This document shows positions 1 to 7,079 of a stretch of 42,996 nucleotides of DNA, in pieces; positions within the stretch are counted from its first letter, which is position 1, and every line of letters starts with the position of its first letter. The notes beneath the pieces are model-generated. The model searched no databases. It was not told the DNA's origin and saw only the letters and a program-made list of their open reading frames with translations. The translations under genes and the position numbers were made by a program. The stretch comes from a virus, in IMG/VR virus record IMGVR_UViG_3300029131_000011, positions 1 to 42,996 of that record; one strand, given 5' to 3'.

Positions 1-99
1 ATCGCCGCCCCTTCGAGCGTGTGGGTCTTGTCCCAGAACACAAGGCGGATAAATTTTAAGCGCTCTTCTCCGTCTTGCATTAACTTTGTTTCGCTCACC
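1..99. repeat. Terminal overlap copy 1 (identical to 42898..42996)
   Basis: Exact 99-nt identity read directly: atcgccgccccttcgagcgtgtggg...tttcgctcacc at both ends. Confidence 0.95.
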
Positions 100-221
100 G
101 CTTTTCGCACAGCGATGCTTTCTAACAAAGACACTCCATGCAACTCCTGCTCTCGGTCGGGGGCATAGCGGCGAATAATGGCTTTTACATAGCCCCACCA
201 ACTATAACGAGGTCTACTCAT
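1..221 (-). CDS. N-terminal part of putative late transcriptional activator (continues across the circular junction into 42807..42897; 103 aa in total)
   Basis: ATG at 221..219 overlaps the stop of the upstream gene by 8 nt. Translation is MSRPRYSWWGYVKAIIRRYAPDREQELHGVSLLESIAVRKAVSETKLMQDGEER..., in frame with ORF 42807..42995 through the 99-bp overlap. Confidence 0.7.
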   Translation of the reverse strand, partial: MSRPRYSWWGYVKAIIRRYAPDREQELHGVSLLESIAVRKAVSETKLMQDGEERLKFIRLVFWDKTHTLEGAA

Positions 222-672
222 GGCGCGCTACCTTTCTCTTGAACCACGCCCACAGATTACGCCACGGGTGGGATTCTGCGTAATTGGCGCGCTCACACTC
301 AACAGCGGCGCGATTCTTCAAGTTAACTCTTTCGCACCATAGTTGTTTATTCTCAATGACAGAACGCGTCAATTCTGCATTTGCCCGCCCAAGCGCCGAC
401 TCAGTGTCAGCAAGCTTATTTCGCAGCGTATCCGCGTTCGCTTTCTGCTTTGCGATCACGTTCTCGCGGGTGATGGCCTCGCCGTGCATCTGGGTGAGCT
501 TTTCCGTCAGCGTGCCGATCTCTCCGCGCAGCTTTTCATTTTCCTCGGCCAGTTTTACGCCGGCCTTAAAATGTTCCGCCGCCTCGGCTTCCGCCGCTTC
601 CTGCCTTTCGGCGGCGTCCTCCACCATCTTCGCCATCTGGTCTTTGGTGTACTTCTTAATGTTAATGCTCAT
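214..672 (-). CDS. Coiled-coil early protein, function unknown
   Basis: 152-aa ORF rich in heptad-like E/A/K/L stretches. ATGA-type coupling with its neighbours. Confidence 0.7.
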   Translation of the reverse strand: MSINIKKYTKDQMAKMVEDAAERQEAAEAEAAEHFKAGVKLAEENEKLRGEIGTLTEKLTQMHGEAITRENVIAKQKANADTLRNKLADTESALGRANAELTRSVIENKQLWCERVNLKNRAAVECERANYAESHPWRNLWAWFKRKVARHE

Positions 673-1136
673 TCGGCCACCTCTTCCCCAACGATCATCC
701 AGTCATCAGCCAGCATGTCGGCCTGCGAGGCCAGCCAGCCGAGCTGTACGCCGGACGTGCCGACAAATGCAAGCGCTTTGTTTCCGATGGCCTCGTGCTT
801 GGCGTTAATTACCTCGTGCGCGGCGTTCTCGTAGCTGATACGCTCCGCAAGCTCGACGTACTGGTTCTTACCGTTCCAACCGCGGCGTGCGATCTTCATG
901 CCCTTCTTCGCTGCCTCGATAGCAAGTCCAAAGCTCAGCCCGTCAGTCGGTCGATACGCCTCTTCAAAAACCTGCTTCGGGCTGAAAGATTCGTATCCGT
1001 CAGGGTAGCGGACTTTGTAGCCGTCTTCCTCGCGCTCCATACTTCTCGGGATGGGCTGGGTCTTCTCGTAAACTTTTCCTCCCTTGCGGATAGCCGGTGC
1101 TGCCTCGATAAGTTTTGTCCCGATGTACTTTTTCAT
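669..1136 (-). CDS. DUF2829-domain protein (Tad2-like Thoeris anti-defence candidate) with an N-terminal GTK..A.P / GY.V.YPDGY.S.SPK..FE.AY domain
   Basis: ATG 1136 is preceded by AAAGGAA. The C-terminal half FGLAIEAAKKGMKIARRGWNGKNQYVEL....GWLASQADMLADDWMIV matches the DUF2829 signature (GWNGK, DlLAdDW). Confidence 0.75.
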   Translation of the reverse strand: MKKYIGTKLIEAAPAIRKGGKVYEKTQPIPRSMEREEDGYKVRYPDGYESFSPKQVFEEAYRPTDGLSFGLAIEAAKKGMKIARRGWNGKNQYVELAERISYENAAHEVINAKHEAIGNKALAFVGTSGVQLGWLASQADMLADDWMIVGEEVAE

Positions 1137-1252
1137 AGTAAAATTCCTTTCTTTTTCGCCCGCAGGCGTTATTTCATTCGTAGCTGTTCTTCCTGCCCCC
1201 GGTCGCTTACGATGCTCACGACCTTGCAATCGCCGCTTCTCGCTTGATGTAT

Positions 1253-1465
1253 TCATCCATTTTCCGCCCTCCTGTTCCATGCTTCGATTGCTTTTGCTTT
1301 GCTGGGCAGCCCAGATACTTTCATCTTCTTTGTGTGGAGGCCATCACCAGCCCTATATCTCCCACAACCGGCATCCCACCCAAAATCTGCTCTATCGTAG
1401 GTGTCGTACATATGGATAACGGTTGCAACTCCACCGCACTCAGGGCAGCGTTTCAATTCAGCCAT
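1253..1465 (-). CDS. Lar-family-like restriction alleviation protein
   Basis: 70 aa. N-terminus MAELKRCPECGG and C-terminus AKAIEAWNRRA resemble the Lar family pattern (LKPCPFCGG ... AIeAWNRRa). The second Cys pair is degenerate. Confidence 0.5.
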   Translation of the reverse strand: MAELKRCPECGGVATVIHMYDTYDRADFGWDAGCGRYRAGDGLHTKKMKVSGLPSKAKAIEAWNRRAENG

Positions 1466-1913
1466 CCTTCATCGCCTCCAATGCTTTCTCTGCCTCCTCG
1501 CGGGTGAGAAATACGGTCTTGCCGATGTCAGCACCATCATTACGCAGACGATACGCGCAGAACCCGTCCGGCTTTCGATTGCACGTTGACATACACAGAT
1601 TATCCTCATCCGTGCAAACAGCTCTAATGTCCGGGGCTTCAAGCTCCATTTCTCGCGGCACATTGTCACGGCCAGTTACCCATAGCGTGCCGCCCATCTT
1701 GCATGGCAGTACCACCAGCCGACCGTCCTTGTCGGCCTCGGCCAGTTCGCGCAGGCGGGTGTAACCTCCACCGATGCTGTTCAACACAGACATCATTGCG
1801 CGCCACTCGCCATGCATACTGATGACTTCCTGCGGCGTTAGCCCCGTGTCCTCGTAGGCGGCAAGGCGCTCCTTGAGGCGATTGCGGTAGTACAGCGCGG
1901 TGCAGTCAACCAT
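1458..1913 (-). CDS. Hypothetical protein (AYEDTGLTPQEV motif). Likely the 3' part of a longer reading frame, 1458..2006, interrupted by an in-frame TGA at 1956..1958.
   Basis: 151-aa ORF without an obvious SD. Upstream, an in-frame 16-codon ORF (MERLTKRDTDGQAIMD) has a strong SD, GGAGGTGGAG. Confidence 0.6.
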   Translation of the reverse strand: MVDCTALYYRNRLKERLAAYEDTGLTPQEVISMHGEWRAMMSVLNSIGGGYTRLRELAEADKDGRLVVLPCKMGGTLWVTGRDNVPREMELEAPDIRAVCTDEDNLCMSTCNRKPDGFCAYRLRNDGADIGKTVFLTREEAEKALEAMKDG

Positions 1914-2005
1914 CGGTTTACCATGCTTACCCGTCCAATCTGCTTTGCACTTCTCTCAGTCCATGATTGCCTGTCCATCGGTGTCTCGCTTCGTCAGTCG
2001 TTCCA

Positions 2006-2647
2006 TCACTCCACCTCCTGCATCTTACTAATCACTTTTCGGATCACATCTCCGCCATAAGCGTCTTCCGTCAACTCCAAGAACTCCGTCAGCGTCATCA
2101 TGCCATGCTCGAGGTCAACACCGTGGTCGCGGGCAAACTGCTTTCGCCCCATGTCGCACGAACCGGTCAAGCGGTGATGCCAGTCGTAAAAGTACTGCGT
2201 CGGATATGCTTTCTTGCGGTCTGTCTCGCGCAGAAACGTATCAATGCGCTCATCTTCCGGTATATCCTCAAATAGCTTATCCCGGAGCGCCTCCATCGCC
2301 TCGCGCAGCGTTTCTCCGTGCGCGAAAATGTTGTCCTGCTTGACGATGTAACACGGTGTGAGCGTCAAATTGCCGTTCAAGATTGCCCCGTGCACAGTGT
2401 TGCCGCGCACGGAACGAATCAGCGTGTTTACGCCGTCGATTTGATAGACTGGTTCTCCATTGAAACCTTTAATGCCGGAGCCGGAGCCGGAGCCGGAGCC
2501 GTCGCCGGAGCCGGAGCCGGAGCCGGAGCCGTCGCCGGAGCCGTCGCCGGAGCCGTAGCCGTAGCCGTAGCCGGAGCCGGAGCCGGAGCCGTCGCCGGAG
2601 CCGAAGTTCACTGACAGGAATGCCTTGACCTTTTCATCAAGCGTCAT
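2006..2647 (-). CDS. Hypothetical protein with a Gly-Ser/Gly-Tyr/Gly-Asp repeat linker and a conserved C-terminal domain
   Basis: ATG 2647 is in an ATGA overlap with the upstream stop, and AAGGAG lies 9 nt upstream. The ORF-track start at 2656 is GTG. Sequence runs GSGDGSGSGSGYGYGYGSGDG... then IKGFNGEPVYQIDGVNT...FAHGETLREA. Confidence 0.7.
   Translation of the reverse strand: MTLDEKVKAFLSVNFGSGDGSGSGSGYGYGYGSGDGSGDGSGSGSGSGDGSGSGSGSGIKGFNGEPVYQIDGVNTLIRSVRGNTVHGAILNGNLTLTPCYIVKQDNIFAHGETLREAMEALRDKLFEDIPEDERIDTFLRETDRKKAYPTQYFYDWHHRLTGSCDMGRKQFARDHGVDLEHGMMTLTEFLELTEDAYGGDVIRKVISKMQEVE
2474..2603. repeat. Hexanucleotide-type microsatellite (gccgga/gccgtc/gccgta units) encoding the GS/GD/GY linker
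   Basis: Read directly as gccggagccggagccggagccgtcgccggagcc...gccgtagccgtagccgtagcc. Confidence 0.9.
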
Positions 2648-2934
2648 CTCTTCCACTCCTTTACGCCGCGAAGCGATACCGATGCGTCATCTGTGCAAGG
2701 GATAATCTGGATTGCCCCAAGTACAGTCATTTCCGGAATCGTCACGGTAAAACGGCAGTTGCCCGGTGCTTTTGTGCCGTCCTGCGCCAGCTGCTCCACG
2801 GCACACGCGCCGTCCCAGCTCCACAGCTTACGAACCTCGGTCATGGTGACCTCGGAGCCGTTGCGTTCCTTGATCTTGCCGAAAAACACGCCTGCGCGGT
2901 CACAGCGAACGATGTAGTCCTGATTGTTGTTCAT
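2644..2934 (-). CDS. Hypothetical early protein (96 aa)
   Basis: ATG 2934 is preceded by CAGGAGGAAT. The longer 232-aa ORF-track version overlaps the Dam gene and is rejected. Confidence 0.65.
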   Translation of the reverse strand: MNNNQDYIVRCDRAGVFFGKIKERNGSEVTMTEVRKLWSWDGACAVEQLAQDGTKAPGNCRFTVTIPEMTVLGAIQIIPCTDDASVSLRGVKEWKR

Positions 2935-3020
2935 GATGAAATTCCTCCTGATTTTTGTTAAAATTAAAAGTTCTCTCTGAGCCTCTGCCCGTTGATATCC
3001 GCGTACATGGTCATTCCTCC

Positions 3021-3467
3021 CTAATGTAGCGCTTTCGCGGGGCGGCGAAAAATCACCACCATGCTTGGGAATGGGGCACTGTTCTTTTCTCCGCCGAACT
3101 TTAATCTCCCCCGCACGAAATTGATGGTTGCATATTTGTCGTTGTAGCAGTAATCGTGGAACCAAGCGGTATCCGTCCGCGCCGGAAGCAGCATCACAAC
3201 CGTTGCGTCTGATTCCTCGGCAGTTCGATGCGCTTTCTCTACCCACGCCCCAACGCCGCGTCCATATGGGGGATTGCACCACACAACGCCGTCCCAGGCC
3301 TGTTTCAGTCCGTCCATTTCCGGGGTGAAATAGCGTTCGCATTTCGCGTTTTCTGGCGTTGCGCAGGCATCCAGCGTAAATTGGAAGAGGTTGTTGAGGT
3401 CGTCAAAGAAGGCTTGCGGGGTCTCCCACATTTCAGATTTTGACGAAAACATTAAATCGTTGTTCAT
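3021..3467 (-). CDS. dam: Phage DNA N6-adenine methyltransferase (Dam family)
   Basis: WETPQAFFDDLN...FTLDACA...NAKC..YFT ... VWCNPPYGR ... LLPARTDTAWFH is the classic phage Dam (NPPY) pattern. ATGA overlap with the upstream gene. Confidence 0.85.
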   Translation of the reverse strand: MNNDLMFSSKSEMWETPQAFFDDLNNLFQFTLDACATPENAKCERYFTPEMDGLKQAWDGVVWCNPPYGRGVGAWVEKAHRTAEESDATVVMLLPARTDTAWFHDYCYNDKYATINFVRGRLKFGGEKNSAPFPSMVVIFRRPAKALH

Positions 3468-4168
3468 TGTCTCCCCTCACATTCCCTAATGTCTCCTCCC
3501 CATTGTTCCGCCATGGCTTTGGCGATACCGGGAAATGTTTTGCTTCTGGCTTTTGCCGTACGCGGGTCATTCCATCGCATAATCTTACCAGTTTCATCTT
3601 TTGCATAGTTTGCGCTTGCCCCCACACTGTATCCACCTGGCAAAATAATTCCTGCATCTACAATGTTTGTCGGTCGCAAAGCGGGTAAGCCTTTTAGCCA
3701 TAGGCAAGTCTTTTTTCTTGCGTGGTGCCCGAATTCATACGGCTGGATAATACAATCAGGCTTACGATAGTGTGTAGACATATATCCGACCGGATTTTCT
3801 ACCGCGATTTTACAAACGTCGGCATTTACAAAGGCCAAGAAAAACGCCGCAGCTTCTTCCCGCAACTGCAACCGTCTGACCGCCTTTTCGCCATATCTTT
3901 CCGTGTTAAACCAGCGATTCCCGGTAACAGTCAGGTATGTACACGGCGGGTGCGCGATCAGCAAGTCCCATTTGCCGACCTCATGCGTCTCCCCGTCCAT
4001 AGTGGTCACTTCGCCCCCCTCGATGGCCTTGAGCGCATCGCCTAAGATGTGCCACTCAGGATGCCCGCCGGACGGCTCCTGAATGTCGCAGGAATACGCC
4101 TCATACCCCAGTGCTCGGAACGCCTTGCACACTTCCTGCGATTCCTCACAGGCAACTAAAACTTTCAT
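3464..4168 (-). CDS. C5-cytosine-methyltransferase-like protein
   Basis: AHPPCTYLTVTG (PPC motif IV-like) and IAVENPVG (ENV motif VI-like). 234 aa. ATGA coupling on both sides. Confidence 0.6.
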   Translation of the reverse strand: MKVLVACEESQEVCKAFRALGYEAYSCDIQEPSGGHPEWHILGDALKAIEGGEVTTMDGETHEVGKWDLLIAHPPCTYLTVTGNRWFNTERYGEKAVRRLQLREEAAAFFLAFVNADVCKIAVENPVGYMSTHYRKPDCIIQPYEFGHHARKKTCLWLKGLPALRPTNIVDAGIILPGGYSVGASANYAKDETGKIMRWNDPRTAKARSKTFPGIAKAMAEQWGGDIRECEGRQ

Positions 4169-4410
4169 CGGCGCCCCTCACATTCCCCGAACAGCTCCCG
4201 GAACGTCATCCCCGTCAAGTCTTCCAGTGCGAGGAACGCCCGCACGGTCACATCCACGTCTCCCTTGATATACCGGCTCACGTTGGTCGCCGAAATGCCG
4301 GTCGCCTCGGCAAGCGTGGCCTGGTTGTAGTCGGTCTTTTCAAGCGCCGCCTTAAGCCCTGGATACGGGCAGCGCTCCCACGGGGTCTTGCTCATAACGA
4401 ATCGGCTCAT
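4165..4410 (-). CDS. HTH (XRE-like) DNA-binding protein
   Basis: NQATLAEATGISATNVSRYIKG helix-turn-helix pattern. 81 aa. Confidence 0.65.
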   Translation of the reverse strand: MSRFVMSKTPWERCPYPGLKAALEKTDYNQATLAEATGISATNVSRYIKGDVDVTVRAFLALEDLTGMTFRELFGECEGRR

Positions 4411-4411
4411 G

Positions 4412-4843
4412 TCATTTCCCTCCTAACAGCGCCGCGATGGACACGTCCAGCGCTTCGGCGAGATAGAGATACGTCGTGACTATACCGTATCGCTCGCCGC
4501 GCTCAATGGATGAAATCGTGCTGTCCGCGACGCCTGACTTCTCCGCAAGCTCTGTTTGGTTCATTCCGCGCATCAGCCGCAATGCTTTCACACGCTCGCC
4601 GATGCGTTTCTCGGTCGAGATTCCGCTTTTTCCCTTGTCATCCTCCCGCAAAAAGTCGAGCAGGTTGATGCCGACGGCGCGGCAAATCCGCTCGCACAGT
4701 GGAATAGTCGGCATGATGCGCGCCATCTCGTAGTTGCACAGCTGCCCTTGCTCAATGCCGCACATGGCGGCAAAACTCGCTTGGCTCATGCCAGCGGCAG
4801 TTCTCAGCCCACGAATTCGCTCCGCAGTGTCTTTTACATTCAT
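4412..4843 (-). CDS. Tandem double-HTH (XRE family) regulator
   Basis: Two HTH units, GMSQASFAAMCGIEQGQLCNYE and GMNQTELAEKSGVADSTISSIERG. SD GAGGGAG. Confidence 0.75.
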   Translation of the reverse strand: MNVKDTAERIRGLRTAAGMSQASFAAMCGIEQGQLCNYEMARIMPTIPLCERICRAVGINLLDFLREDDKGKSGISTEKRIGERVKALRLMRGMNQTELAEKSGVADSTISSIERGERYGIVTTYLYLAEALDVSIAALLGGK

Positions 4844-4856
4844 CTTTTTCGCTCCC

Positions 4857-5051
4857 TCATTTCGTTCGTTGATAGCGCCTCGTCTTAAACTGCCGCGCGC
4901 CCCAATAGGCGCCGCGTTCCTGCGTTTGTCGCGCTTCCTCTTCCTTTGCCTCGTTGTACTTGGCGATATCCGCCTGATAGTACGGGCAATCGCCGTGACA
5001 GCCTACGTGCCGCGTCGGTGGCTTGCAGCTGTGGCAGTGCTCAAAGCTCAT
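4857..5051 (-). CDS. Small Cys/His-rich (zinc-binding-like) protein
   Basis: 64 aa, HCHSCKPPTRHVGCHGDCPYY followed by a basic tail. Overlaps the RusA stop. Confidence 0.55.
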   Translation of the reverse strand: MSFEHCHSCKPPTRHVGCHGDCPYYQADIAKYNEAKEEEARQTQERGAYWGARQFKTRRYQRTK

Positions 5052-5466
5052 CTCTTTCCTCCACGCTCCTGATTGTTACCGCCGTAAACGGTTCTTCCAT
5101 CGTGTAAATTTTTCTCCCATAAACGCTATACACGGCAGAATCGTCCTTGTACGCATAGCCATTGAGCGCGTCCAGTACCGCCTTGATGATGTTGTCAATG
5201 TCTCCGCGCTTGAGATACGGGGCCAAATGCAATTTCCCACTTTTGCTTTTTGGCGTTCCCGATGGGATGGGGAAATAAGCATTTACCATGACATCCAGCG
5301 CTTCGCCATCTTCAAACGGCTTTTCGCCGCACTCGAGCCACGCCGCGCGAATCGCAGATTCGAAAATCTGCGTGCTTTTCGGCGTATATGCCCCATGCCG
5401 CGTAACGCGTGGTCTTCCCTTCGGCACGGGTCTCCCATCAACGGCAAATGTGACTATTCGTTCCAT
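5041..5466 (-). CDS. rusA: RusA-family Holliday junction resolvase
   Basis: FAVDGRPVPKGRPRVTRHGAYTPKST...YFPIP....K......P..KRGDIDNIIKAVLDALNG.AYKDD is the RusA signature. Confidence 0.85.
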   Translation of the reverse strand: MERIVTFAVDGRPVPKGRPRVTRHGAYTPKSTQIFESAIRAAWLECGEKPFEDGEALDVMVNAYFPIPSGTPKSKSGKLHLAPYLKRGDIDNIIKAVLDALNGYAYKDDSAVYSVYGRKIYTMEEPFTAVTIRSVEERDEL

Positions 5467-5469
5467 GTG

Positions 5470-5844
5470 TCAACCTCCCATTTCGGCAGCTGCCGCTTCC
5501 CACGTCAGCCCGTGTTCTCTCGCATAACGCGATACGCTCGGCATGAACGCCTCCTGTTCGGCTGTCCGCTCGATGTATGGCTTCATCCACGCCACCGAGA
5601 CTCGCGGGGAAGCTGCACCCCTGATCTTTGCAAGCACTTGGCCGACCTTCGGGGGGAATCCCCTCGTATCCTCGGCGATCAGCGCATTCACTGCGTCCAT
5701 CGCCTCGGCGGGGTCTTCATTGCCCAGCATGTCCGACCAGAGGGCAACCATCTCTTCGGCTTCTGCTCTGGTCATCTTGGCATAGGCCTGCGGATAGGCC
5801 TGTTTTACTCGCCCAAAAAGGCTAATTACGTCAGCTCTTTCCAC
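5470..5844 (-). CDS. G39P-like helicase loader/replication accessory protein
   Basis: GTG 5844 lies 8 nt after GAGGAGG. ISLFGRVKQAYPQAYAKM...VALWSDMLGNEDPAEAMDAVNALI...GFPPKVGQVL resembles the loader/inhibitor-of-G40P family. Confidence 0.45.
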   Translation of the reverse strand: MERADVISLFGRVKQAYPQAYAKMTRAEAEEMVALWSDMLGNEDPAEAMDAVNALIAEDTRGFPPKVGQVLAKIRGAASPRVSVAWMKPYIERTAEQEAFMPSVSRYAREHGLTWEAAAAEMGG

Positions 5845-6661
5845 GGTTCTTTTCCTCCTCCAACATCTCGGCGAATACATCGCCGCCTACAAACGTCCTA
5901 TTCTGCGGTGCTTTGCCGCCCTTGTCCTGCTCTCTGGCAAGCCAAGCGGCGATGAAACGCTTAATCCCTCCGCGTGTCTTTCGCTTGGTAGGGTTCGCGT
6001 CGCACCATCCCGCCATGTTTCTGAGCTGTTGTAGAACGTCAACGTTCGGATAGAGCTGCGACCATTTGGTCCTGTCGCTCTCCGACACGTCGAAAAAAGT
6101 CCCGTCATTCAGCGGCAAAGAAATCACCGGCAGCGCGTCAGCCGCTTGCGGCTCAGCGCATAATATGTACTCTTCTTTACTCTTCTCTACTCTACTTTTC
6201 TCTACTTTACTTTGTCGTTCGATGTCAGCATTTTTTGAAAAAATGTTTACATTTTTCGAAGAAATGTAAACATTGGGCAAAATTTGGGCAACATCAACCA
6301 GAAGGATGTTGTAATCGACTTCGAGAGTTTTACGGCGGCTGACTGCCTCGAAGTACCTTTCCTGTATGCCTTTAGAGGTCAATACGTGGTACTTGTCATA
6401 CTTCTCTTTGTCGAACATCCCTCGTCTGATAGAAGCCTCTATTATTTCGGAAACGACGCTCCCACCCAACCCGACCTTGCGGGCGAACAAAAGCGCAACC
6501 TCCTCTGTCCATTCAATGTAGTAACCCGCCTTGCCGTAAATCTCTTGCAGCAAGTGAACGACTACACCAAATCCTGTCAAGCCAAATTCTGCTTCTATCA
6601 GTTCAAACTTTGCGTTCAATGTGACATCAAGCGGAAAGTAATCGATCCCGCTCTTTGCCAT
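5831..6661 (-). CDS. Replisome organizer / replication initiation protein (DUF4373, Lin1244-like N-terminal domain)
   Basis: MAKSGIDYFPLDVTLNAKFELIEAEFGLTGFGVVVHLLQEIYGKAGYYIEW... is typical of DUF4373. Contains internal DNA repeats (see 6170..6274). Confidence 0.75.
   Translation of the reverse strand: MAKSGIDYFPLDVTLNAKFELIEAEFGLTGFGVVVHLLQEIYGKAGYYIEWTEEVALLFARKVGLGGSVVSEIIEASIRRGMFDKEKYDKYHVLTSKGIQERYFEAVSRRKTLEVDYNILLVDVAQILPNVYISSKNVNIFSKNADIERQSKVEKSRVEKSKEEYILCAEPQAADALPVISLPLNDGTFFDVSESDRTKWSQLYPNVDVLQQLRNMAGWCDANPTKRKTRGGIKRFIAAWLAREQDKGGKAPQNRTFVGGDVFAEMLEEEKNRGKS
6242..6274. repeat. 12-bp perfect inverted repeat (aatgtttacatt / aatgtaaacatt, 9-nt spacer) in an AT-rich repeat patch inside the organizer gene; candidate origin element
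   Basis: Read directly. Preceded at 6170..6225 by ctcttc/ctctac direct repeats that encode KVEKSRVEKSKE. Confidence 0.4.
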
Positions 6662-6672
6662 AGACTACTCCC

Positions 6673-7077
6673 TTAAAACGGCAGCTCGCCGTCGTCCTCG
6701 CTGACCTCTGCAAAGCCGCCTGCGGCGCTCTCTGCGGCGTATTTCGGTGCGGCAGTGTTGTTGTCCTCCGAGCGCCTGTTGTCTGCGAAATACACGCTGT
6801 CAGCCTGCACCTCGTAGCTCTTGCGCTTGTTGCCGTTCTTGTCCGTCCAGTCGCGCATCTGCAAGTGCCCTTCAACGCCAATCATGCGACCTTTATCAGC
6901 GTAGTTGCAGAGCACTTCCGCCGTGCCGCGCCATGCGACAACATCGATCCAGTCTGTGCCGCCCTCTTTGCCGTTGCGGTCAACGGCAAGAGGGAACGAC
7001 ACAACGGATACGCCGCTGTTCGTCTTTTTCAGCTCCAAGTCACGCCCGATGCGTCCCATCAGGCACACGCGATTCAT
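6673..7077 (-). CDS. ssb: Single-stranded DNA-binding protein
   Basis: MNRVCLMGRIGRDLELKKT..G.SVVSF.LAV.R... with acidic tail DDGELPF. ATG 7077 lies 2 nt after the RecT stop; the ORF-track start 7083 is GTG. Confidence 0.9.
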   Translation of the reverse strand: MNRVCLMGRIGRDLELKKTNSGVSVVSFPLAVDRNGKEGGTDWIDVVAWRGTAEVLCNYADKGRMIGVEGHLQMRDWTDKNGNKRKSYEVQADSVYFADNRRSEDNNTAAPKYAAESAAGGFAEVSEDDGELPF

Positions 7078-7079
7078 GC

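Noticed and set aside
2474-2603. GC-rich hexanucleotide microsatellite, considered as a possible noncoding repeat or CRISPR-like element
   Set aside because: It is in frame within CDS 2006..2647 and encodes a Gly-Ser/Asp/Tyr linker. The period (6 nt) is far too short for CRISPR.
2935-3020. 14-16-codon ORF (MYADINGQRLRENF) with GGGAGG upstream, in the gap after the Dam gene
   Set aside because: It is too short to support without conservation data. It may be a leader peptide or a chance ORF, so it is not called.
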